This document shows, piece after piece, positions 54,445 to 64,000 of a stretch of 64,000 bases of DNA (its first letter is position 1; each line of letters opens with the position of its first letter). Made by a program: the position numbers and the translations under genes. The notes below the pieces were generated by a model, which worked only from the letters and a program-made list of their open reading frames with translations, was not told where the DNA came from and searched no databases. The DNA is from Pavona decussata (lineage: Eukaryota): assembly GCA_977016875.1 (NCBI GenBank), contig CDRNST010000060.1, positions 6,014,001 to 6,078,000 on the forward strand. The letters run 5' to 3'.

Positions 54445-56255
54445 AAAGCGGAAAAAAAACCTTCCTATCGGCTTTCCTTTCAATTTAACCTGCTAGTTTC
54501 GAAGAGATTATGACCAAAAGTTTTCTTTGTTTGATTTAAAGCTGTTTAGAAACAAGAAATGTTTTTCATTTTCTGTGGGTTTTGAACTGTTAGCAGGCTT
54601 TCAAAACACGTAATGAACAAAATCAATTCCCACATACAAGGTTATAAAATGTTTCACTCTTTAGTGGTTTGTTTTTTAAAGAAATCAAAATTTATTTAAA
54701 ATGCTAAAATTTTCACCTGTAAAATTTTGTGCCAAAATATGAAAAATTATAAATTGTAATTTGCAAACAGGGAATGTTTTGTATTCAGAACATTGCTAAA
54801 AAAATGCCTTATTGAATATAATAGCAACATGTAAAAAATTATTGTTCAATGTTACAAATTAAAGGTTCTCCAATATTAATGTGAGGTGGTTTGTAAAAAT
54901 GACAAATTTAGAGCAACCTTTTCACTTTTGGCCATGATATTCTGGCCACCTGCAACCTTTTCATCACATATGTAAATAACATGTTTTATTATGCAGATAA
55001 TGCTGCTGGTTAATGATGAGTTTTTGCTCTGGAACAGGTAAACTTTGATGTATGTTTAGATAGCTGCTACTATCAGGAATACACATTAAAAGCATCTTTG
55101 TGCCGTCACAATGGCCATCTTTTTTATTGTTTCGGTTGGACCTTAAAAAACTGATCTTCAGTGAAACATTATCTGCAATGTCAGTTCAGATCTTTTTCAC
55201 AGTACACAAACAAGATTTTACATGTATCTGCTTATTAACAATTTTTTAAAATTCTCCTCAATTATCTGCAAGAAAATGCAGTGAAATTGTGTCAGGAAAT
55301 AACATGTTCAGCTCTTGGACAATAAAGAGGTTAAGTAAACCTTCTTTATGAAGGGTTATTTTGTAGAACATAGATGTTCTCATTCAAACCAGAAGTCACT
55401 TTGGTATTTAAACATGTTTGTGGCATAGACTGCACATATGAATATTCAAGTTGTAATGATAAGTAGAAACAAGCTATAATTACAACGAAATTCTACAATT
55501 TTTCACCAAACTCCTTGCAAGCCATACAAGTCTACTTCATATGAACACTTCTATGGTCACCAGACAGAACCTGTTTCTTTGTTCAACACAGGGAACTTAA
55601 TTCACATCAACATCAGGCAACTGTTGGGAGGGATAGTCAACTATATAACACAATGCATAGTCAACAAACTGTGTATGAGCTTCCAAAACAGACTTGTCTC
55701 TTGAAAAAGAAAGAGGTTTGGGGGTGGTCTGGGAGAAATGAAAGCCAGTTGGTGACAGAAACATGATATGACCTTAATTCTGGGAACAGCGAAGAGGACA
55801 GGATCGTGTGTAGAAATAGCTCTTTGTTAAGGCACAAATTGGGAAAATGGAATTATTTTTAGTTGAAAGAATAAAACGCATTCTTTGTTTGGAAAGGACA
55901 AACCACCCGTTGACATCCTGTTTAAGAGTTTTGCATGAACAGGTGGTATTATTCTCTTAAAAAACTGAAATCAGATCCTAAAAGGAAAAAACTTTCCTCA
56001 TCAAATATTAATAGTAATAAAAATAGGAAGATGATTTCATGATCACAATGGAACTAAGCAAAGAAAGTGATAAATTTGTTGGTATTATTTAAAGGAATCG
56101 TCAATCATAACTTTACTAATATTCAAACCCAGGACAAAAAGCTGAAGGGTTGAGGGCATAACCATCTTATGTCAAATTTTAGACTGATTTTTTGTTTTGC
56201 TCAAGTGTGTAATTTTTGCATGTGGGCTTCAATTTGTCAGAAAACACAACTGTTA

Positions 56256-56439
56256 GGGATACATTTTTTTGGGAGAATCCAAAAACGGATTTGCTATCTC
56301 AGATCATTTGGATCGTGGTGCATCAAAGGAACCGATGAATCCACTCCCAGAGTGGATTCGCCGGTTCCTTTGATGCGGCATGATCCGAATAATCTGAGAT
56401 CACAAATCTGTTTTTGGATTCTCCCAAAAAAAAACACCC
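56256..56439. mobile_element. PIF/Harbinger (Tourist-like) palindromic MITE
   Basis: TTA|GGG...CCC|TTA; the whole element folds back around GAATCCACTCCCAGAGTGGATTC. Confidence 0.8.
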
Positions 56440-57208
56440 TTAGTTTTTTACTGGTTTATGCTTAGTTTTCGAGAAAAACAAGGCCAAAATATCTAGTCAG
56501 TGAAATTCAACATAAGATGGCGATACCCAGCTCAGCCAATCTCACATGTGATTTTTGAGTATCTTAAGATCAAGAATAAATTAATGCCATGTTCTTGTCC
56601 AGAAAAGTGTTTGAATAATAGTTATTGCTGGGAAACATTTCATACAATGTCCATTGACTTCATTTATAAATATAGTTACTGGCCCTGACAAAAATTCAAA
56701 CAGACACACTCTCTACTCCTTGCTCTAAAGCCTTTAAAGAGGTGTGGATATTTTTCCTTTTACAAATCTCAATCCCAGGTTCTTTAGCCATTTAAAATAC
56801 TGACTTGTTGAAATAACTGCCATCTTCATCAAGAAGAAACTACCAGAGAGGAAAAAGCTATGTAGTCACCCCTCTCAAATAATAGACCCACACCCTTCAT
56901 AAGCTCTATTTTCACTGGACCCTTATAACTTGCAGCTGCATAGTTTTTTAGGGATGGGAACATTGCTCTGTTGTTTCTTCTTTTGTCCTCTCAACCAATC
57001 ATGTAAGATGTTGCGAATGGTACAGGTGAGCCCAAACCTCTCTCCTATTGAGAGTTGTGAATGATGCACTTTTAGCCATATCTGTTGCTTGAAGTTAAAA
57101 TATCCAACTGTTTCCTGATCACTGAACTATTCTTCATCACCACTGGAATCTTGGTGGATGATGACCAAAAGGTTTCACAATGTAGCTCTTATTGGTACAT
57201 TTGTGTGT

Positions 57209-57239
<31 letters not shown>

Positions 57240-57893
57240 GGGAGGAGGAGAGGGCAATGGGGAGGAACAGAGGGTGAAATGAAAAAAAAAAGTTGGGTGA
57301 TGGGACGAATATTACCCTGGGAGACATATATCTTATTACATGTCATGGTGTGAAGTATCTCTCTCTATTTTTTTTTTTTTTTACAATGATACAAACAAGG
57401 AGAAAAAAACTTACAGGGATACTCGTACTACACACCAAAACATCTAAAAGATTTATTATCCAACTTAAACTTTTCCAATAAGTAGCAAAAGAACTTTGAG
57501 AAAAAAATTGAAATAAGATGAGCACTCTTGCATTGAAAACTTGTTATAAGGTGGAATACTGGAACAAATAGGAACAGAAGTATTGTTCAGTATTTTTTAA
57601 AGTAGCAAGAGTGCACTGAAATGAGATCTGCCAAGAAGAAAAGTGTGTAAAAGAAACAGGAAGTTCTATGGAACCCTTCCTCCACCACCCCCCCTCCCAC
57701 CCCCACAACATGGGCACTAGAATCTTTTGGGGTTTGGCTCCAAACCATCAGTTGATATCAGTGGAACTTTCATTGTCGAGTCCATCTTCTCCATCATCAA
57801 TAAATTATTGTTTTTAAAATTCTGCATTTTGTTTTCAATCCACCTTTCTTTTCTATCCAATGTTTTTATCTGGTTATGACGTTCATCCTTTGC

Positions 57894-58181
57894 CTATTCA
57901 CTCTCCTTCTTCAGGGACCTCTTGACGACAAGTATTCTCTGATTTGACACTGTGGCCATGAGGGTGAATTCCCCAAAATACACAGACAATCTGTTAAAGG
58001 TTTGAGTCTTCTCCCCTCCCCCGGAGATTGGAATCTTGGTTGCTGTCTGTAGCATCTTGGTTATGGCTCCAGCAACGTTTTCATCATTCTCAAGCTCCCC
58101 GGAAGAAGAAAGCACAGCTCCATCAGAATTTGTCACAAGATATCCTTGAACATCCGGACATTTTTCCAAACCTTGTTCCAT
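57894..58181 (-). CDS. LAMTOR4: Ragulator complex subunit LAMTOR4, 95 aa, intronless
   Basis: QGLEKCPDVQGYLV..DGAVLSSSGELENDE..FNRLSVYFGEFTLMATVSNQRILVVKR matches the LAMTOR4 roadblock fold sequence. Confidence 0.92.
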   Translation of the reverse strand: MEQGLEKCPDVQGYLVTNSDGAVLSSSGELENDENVAGAITKMLQTATKIPISGGGEKTQTFNRLSVYFGEFTLMATVSNQRILVVKRSLKKESE

Positions 58182-58327
58182 TTTGCAACAATATTTGAGA
58201 GGGATCTGGGAACAGGATTGTTTTTACTATCCCATGATGCCTTTCAATATTGGTCAGAAGAAGCGCGGTGACCAAGCTCCTTCCTTCTTCGCACGCTTGA
58301 AAACGTGGAAGTTTGAAAACCTCCAGC

Positions 58328-61300
58328 ATGTCTCGCAAACGAAAGGTTGTAGCAGACGAAGATGAGGATCCAACCAAAATCGATTTCGAAACATCAGAAG
58401 AGGTTGACGTTGTACCAACTTTTGACCAGCTAAGACTCCGAGAAGATTTGCTTCGAGGCGTTTATGCGTACGGTACGTATATGACGCCATGTCAATTGGG
58501 AAATGCGTTGGAGTGATTAAACAGTGTTTTGTGATTGATTTTCTTGTATTCTAGGTTTCGAGAAACCGTCGGCAATTCAACAGCGTGCAATTAAACCGAT
58601 TATAAAAGGAAGAGACGTGATTGCGCAGTAAGTGTCTATGTTTCAAGGACTAAAGTTGTATGTTTATTTTTGCTCTAGCCATTGTCCTAAAATTGAATAA
58701 GAGATTGTCAGTTGTAGACGTTGAAATTTCAGTAGGACATGCCTCGTTGTGTAGTTTTCCTACATTGTCATCATGGATTGATGTTTTTACCTGTACAAAG
58801 TTGAATTTGCTTTTTGTTAATTTAATGCACTAGTTAATTTTTGCGAGCTTATACTAGGTGTTCTGGTTTTATAACCAGTTCGATTGTACCTGTTAGAAGA
58901 GGTTGACTTCCTTGGTTGCAAGTAAGAAACCTCTGCAAACATCTGCCCAATTTCCTATTGTGCATGCGTGGCGTAGGCCAGCACATATACAGCTGTTTCG
59001 ACAGGTTGTCCCAAAAAAGCATAAAAATGTATGCGACAATACCAAAAGCTAGTCTGGGAAACACCCAATAAATTTCAATAAAAGCTCAGGATCCATGTTG
59101 CCTGCCATCTCAAGTTTTCGCTGTACGGTCAAAGCATTTTGGATTCTGAGCTTTTTTTGGAACTTATTAGGTATTTCCCGTCTACCTTTCGGCATTATCG
59201 CGTATGCTTTTACACTTTTTTTGGACAACCTTTGTCAAAACAGCTGTAAATGTCATTTGAATCATTAACATCTCCACCTTCAAAGTTTCAAAGGAAGTTC
59301 TTGCCCAAATGCCAACGTATTCACATATTTAATTTATCAATTATTAATCTTTAGCACCTCAAAGCAACTTCTACCATTTAAATACCAAGCCATTGGATAA
59401 ATACTTGCAGGCGTAAACAAGCTTTCTGCTTATGTGCAATAATGGTTTATGCAACAAAATCCCATTGGCTCCCATTTTTCACCGATTTCTACATTAGCTT
59501 TTACAAGCTTGTTAAACGAGTTGACATCTGGTTGGACACCAGAAATTTTAATATATTTGTCCAGGGTTTTGGATGGTGGCAGATCAAAGAGTCAGAAGGA
59601 TATTTGCAGAGGTTTCTTTTTCATCGGGCAACCAAGGAACCTCTGCTTGCTAGCTAGATTGTTCAAAATTTTGTTAATGAATCTTCAAATCTTCAATTTC
59701 AAATCCAAAACAAGATTTAGCCGCAACATATGTAGTGGATGTTCGAAGTTATTGCTGAGGAAGAATACGATAATTATACAAATTATTTGTTCAAAGGAGC
59801 TACCAAAATTTGGAGGCGTCTGATTTTTTTTTCCAAGTTGATACCAAACAATCAATTCCTCAGGTTTTTTCCTTCAAAGGAGACCATTGAAAATTTCAGA
59901 AGTTGGATTCCTGCATCACTAGCTAAACTTCATAACCAGGTTAGAGAAATGGGATGTCCCCTTGGTCATAACCTTTTTTGTGTAATTTCAGGGCCCAGTC
60001 TGGCACAGGAAAAACAGCCACTCTCTCAATCTCTGTGCTACAGTCAATAGATATTCAGGTATGTAGATAATGTTGCATGCATAAGGCTTTGAGTTTAAAA
60101 ACTTGTGTGCATAATCCTGTAGTTACAAAATAATCTTTACACTGTACTTCAAAATACTGTCTAGAGTATTGCATCATTAATACAGTGTAACTCTCATTTT
60201 GTTAATAGCTTCTATTTAATTACTGTTTATTATAGGTGACCATTACCCTCCTGTGCAAGAATTAGCTGCAGCTGTTAAGGCACAAATGAAATTAAAATTG
60301 TAATTGAAATGACATATATTATGTTGTTGTTAGTGGTTGCTCACTAATTAACTATAAATTATCTTCTTGCTCCCTTTAACTAACAGACGAGAGAAACACA
60401 AGCTCTTATCCTATCTCCGACGCGAGAACTCGCTGAACAAATTCAAAAGGTAAATTTGAACTTGTTTTTAACTCGTGAATGCGCGTAGCGCAATGAACGA
60501 GTTATAGCGATAGTTGACTGTGTACTTGGTTGGTTAGTTGGTCGGTCGGTCGGTCGGTCGGTCGGTTTTGTCGTTAACTTTCGGGCGTGCGCAGTGAATG
60601 AGTTTTAAATTCAATTAGTGGAAAAAAAACACGCCAACATTTGTTGTTCACGGCGCATCAGGAAATTCTTATTCAATATGTAGAGAATAATTTGACGATC
60701 ATTTAGTGCAAGAATGGAGATTTTTCGTTCAATCTGAGCAAAGTTACAAGTTTTTTCAGTTTTTCAGAAAGTCCGGGGTCGTAAACTCAATTAGTGAAAA
60801 AAAAAAAACGTGGAAATTTTTTTCACGACGCGTCAGAATTCTCTCATTCATTCTGTAGAGAATAATTTGACAATCATTTTAGTGTAAGAATGGAGATTTT
60901 TCGTTGAATCTGAGCAAAGTTATAGGTTTTTTTCGTTTTTTCTACGGAGTGCGGTTTCTTTTAAGAATTAAAAATAATTTCATATAGAAATAATTTAATT
61001 AAAAAATAATTTAATTTGTCAGTTTTCACGCGAAAGCGGAACGTGCCATGTCACGCATCATTGACGTCGTAAACAAAATTATGCAAATTTCTGGTGAAAT
61101 GAACACTTTAAGATCTTGTCAGCTTTCATGGAGGTTTCAAAGGGAAAAATATTTCATTTTCGAAATTTACAACTGGTAATTTATGGGGAAGCAAAAGGCC
61201 GCGGTCGATAAATAATTCTTATTTAGCAAGAGCTTGTCATAGTTCATTATTTTTACTTGAGGATTACGTGGACTGAACTCCAAAGGAAAAATTTCGCGCA

Positions 61301-63569
61301 TTTATGTCGGGCATGAAATGTAATGCGATACTTTGTTGAACAGATTTCCCTTTGTGAGATCGGCTTGCCCTACAGTAATTTTGTAATTTTAATTCCCAAA
61401 AAAACTTCACTTGCCCATCGGGCAAGTGATGGCTAGAATCCACTAGCCCGATCGCAAAATCCAGTAGCCCCGGACTATCGGGGACACGAATTTGCATGAC
61501 GTAGCTGCACATGGCGTGCTTCTATGAACTTTGAATAAAAAAAACACGTGATTTTTTTTTAATCGGCGCATCAGGATACAAGAGTACAAGAATGGTTATT
61601 TTTCGTTACATAATCGGGCAAAGATATAGTTTCTTTTAGCTTTCAAGGAAGTTTCCGTAGCCGTCTAAATTTCAATTGCTATGTGTCATCTGCATTCACG
61701 AGTTGGCTCACAGGAGCCTTTGATTCAAAATTGCATGTTGTTATTAAGGAAAGGTATGCCACTGAGACAAACTTCTAAAGGCTAGTTAAAAAGAAATGTT
61801 TGGTAATGAAGGAGTACAGAGAATTCTTATCCTTTTCTTCATGCTGAGAAAGGCAGAAATTTTGTAACTTGTGATAGAGTTCATGTGTAACACTTGTTTG
61901 TGTCACTCTTCTGCTATGATGAATTGCATTAATTTAACCATCTTTCGGGACTGAAATGTTGTGTTGAAATGCATAAACTGATTGGAGAGTACACAGACAA
62001 TTTAATCCTGTATCATATTTTAACCTAGTAAACTGTGATCATACTTTAGAATTTCGTGTAATACAGGGTTTGAATTCCTACAGGTTATTCTTGCCCTTGG
62101 TGATTACATGAGCATCCAATGCCATGCGTGTATTGGAGGAACAAATGTCGGTGAGGATATCAGAAAACTTGATTATGGGCAGCATGTAGTGTCTGGAACA
62201 CCTGGCAGAGTTTTTGGTAAGTTTTTCGTTTTCAAGCAACTTTCTCCGTCTAGTAAAAATATGCTGCCATGTTGAAACAGCATCATTTATCAAGGGCCTA
62301 AAATCTGGAATTAATTGTCCGCGTTTCATAGTTTTAAGAACGATTTAAGCAATATCTTATTGAAAGCTGATTGGTGAGTTTTTACACACCCTGTGTGGAC
62401 ACATGGACTTATGATAATGACTGTTCAATTTGTAGACATGATCAGAAGACGTAGCTTGAGGACCCGATCAATTAAGTTACTGGTGTTGGATGAAGCAGAT
62501 GAAATGTTGAACAAAGGTAACAACTAATTAGCAACACAGAAAATCTCTGCATTTTTTTTAATATTAGCTTGGTCTATAACTTGTACTTTTCCTTTAGGTT
62601 TCAAGGAACAGATCTATGATGTATACAGGTACCTCCCCCCGGCAACTCAGGTAAGTGATTTTTGTACATAAAGGACACAACTGTGTGATGTATGAGCCTA
62701 GTGGGTCTGATGCATTGTAGTGTAACGGGGTGATTACATGATACCAGTGTGACTTTTTATGTTGGTACTAGTGTATTCCAGTTTCCTCTTGTGGCCCTGA
62801 ATTTGTTTGAATTTGTTGACCACTCGTTCCAATATGAAATCGGTCTACTCTAGAGCTGCTAGACAAGCTAAGTTGTTCTTATGTTATACAAGCTTGCACA
62901 GCACAATGTTCGTCCAAGAATTTGCCAGACTTACAGTTGAAAGGGTCATAGGCATAGCCCGATTACACTGCATGCCATGATAATATTGTGACATAATGTC
63001 GATCTGTGTGAAGTGTCCCTTCCTTTAAACATGGCATCAAATCACAAGTCGTTCTGGTATGAAACCTGCACCAGTGTGAGTTTTCACATGTAAGCACTCG
63101 CTTATTAATGGAGATGCTTTACTTTGTTGGTTTTAGGTTGTTCTTTTGAGTGCAACCCTTCCACACGACATCTTGGAAATGACAGAGAAGTTTATGACAG
63201 ACCCTATCAGGATTCTGGTGAAACGGTACTGAAACAATATGTTCAACATTTTTTTAGAGAAAAGTGGACTAAAAATACCCAACATCTCAGAAGTAAAGTT
63301 TTTGACAAGTACAGTATGTTCTATCTTGGAATAAGAAGACACATCTCTTAAATCAGCAATGTAATCAAGTGCATTAAAGCTGCGTCCTATCAAGCATATG
63401 CTAATATTATCTCTGTCTTGTTTACCTTAGTGATGAATTGACGTTGGAGGGCATTAAGCAGTTCTTTGTGGCAGTTGAACGAGAGGAATGGAAGTTTGAC
63501 ACCCTTTGTGATTTGTATGACACACTCACCATCACTCAGGCAGTTATTTTCTGCAACACCAAGAGAAAG
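58328..63569 (+). CDS. EIF4A3: eIF4A-III (DDX48) DEAD-box helicase, continues beyond the window; exons 58328-58472, 58555-58627, 59992-60058, 60387-60449, 62084-62216, 62436-62516, 62598-62650, 63137-63225, 63431-63569
   Basis: [129 protein letters not shown]. Confidence 0.96.
58990..59246. mobile_element. Tc1/mariner-like MITE in eIF4A3 intron 2
   Basis: TA|CAGCTGTTTCGACAGGTTGTCCCAAAAAAG ... TTTTTTGGACAACCTTTGTCAAAACAGCTG|TA. Confidence 0.7.
60465..61724 (+). mobile_element. Non-autonomous Helentron/DINE-1-like element (HINE), copy 2, in eIF4A3 intron 4
   Basis: TTTTT-AACTCGTGAATGC..AATGAACGAGTT (subTIR plus partial IR), (GTCG)n, tandem ~185-bp internal units, GCATTCACGAGTT-GGCTCACAGGAGCC-TTTGAT. 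Highly similar to 10904-12170 inverted. Confidence 0.82.
61905..61990 (+). ncRNA. SNORD2: Box C/D snoRNA, SNORD2/snR39B-like (copy C), in eIF4A3 intron 4
   Basis: ATGATGA 61916-61922, guide ACCATCTTTCGGGA, D' CTGA 61951-61954, C' TGTTGA, D CTGA 61978-61981, flanking ACTCT/AGAGT stem, ~100 nt before the acceptor at 62083. Confidence 0.88.
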
Positions 63570-64000
63570 GTATCAAAAATCTTCCAATGAAGTATTTATT
63601 CAGTCGCTTTATACAAGTGTCAAATAGCTCATATTTCTTTTAAGGACAGTTCTGTGACTGTTAGGTCAATGTTTAGTTGTACAAAATATCCCTACTCCCT
63701 ATGGAAAGGGTTGGATATTTCACAGGGATGGGTTGGGTGGGGGGGGGGGGGGCTCAAAGGCCATGGTAATGGTAACTATATTTATACATGGTAAATCCTT
63801 CAGCAAAGATTATAAAGAGGTAAAAGATAAAATATAACCAAAATCATCCCTAACTAATCTAAAATACTATTAACCACGTACTAAAAGCTGCTTTACAAGG
63901 ATGCCGTGTTGAAACTCATTCAAAACTGTGGTGACGTAGATTAAATTTAATTGTACATGATTGTATGGTTGCCAAAAACTTTAAAGGGAAGTATGAAGGT

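Noticed and set aside
55013-55154. Possible C/D snoRNA (ATGATGA...CTGA) downstream of FBXL
   Set aside because: No terminal stem, no recognisable guide, no intronic context; expected by chance in AT-rich DNA.
60137-60191. H/ACA snoRNA-like hairpin in eIF4A3 intron 3 (TTACACTGTA...TACAGTGTAA)
   Set aside because: No properly placed H box or ACA tail and no clear second hairpin.

Overview
Intron-rich, AT-rich animal genomic DNA. Gene content and repeat families suggest a cnidarian, most likely a stony coral (inference). Ten protein-coding genes were modelled by hand from GT-AG boundaries and reading-frame continuity. These are a secreted fibrinogen-domain gene (+) apparently nested in an intron of L2HGDH (-, 3' end outside the window), plus four head-to-head pairs: AZUL-HECT E3 ligase/GNPNAT1, TRIM9/TRIM9-like paralog, COPS2/F-box-LRR and LAMTOR4/eIF4A3 (3' end outside the window). 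Five observations stand out. (1) The TRIM9 paralog carries three tandem FN3-SPRY modules (~1216 aa). (2) There are three SNORD2/snR39B-like C/D snoRNAs, one in an eIF4A3 intron and two in introns of a non-coding leader upstream of an intronless COPS2 ORF. (3) A minimal hammerhead ribozyme lies in a Penelope-type repeat inside a TRIM intron. (4) Two copies of a 1.26-kb DINE-1/Helentron-like (HINE) element are present. (5) There are many MITEs, including a 31-bp one with a perfect 9-bp TSD, and a decayed CR1/L2-type LINE with a 2A-like motif. No databases were searched. Names come from recalled family motifs and coordinates were counted by eye.
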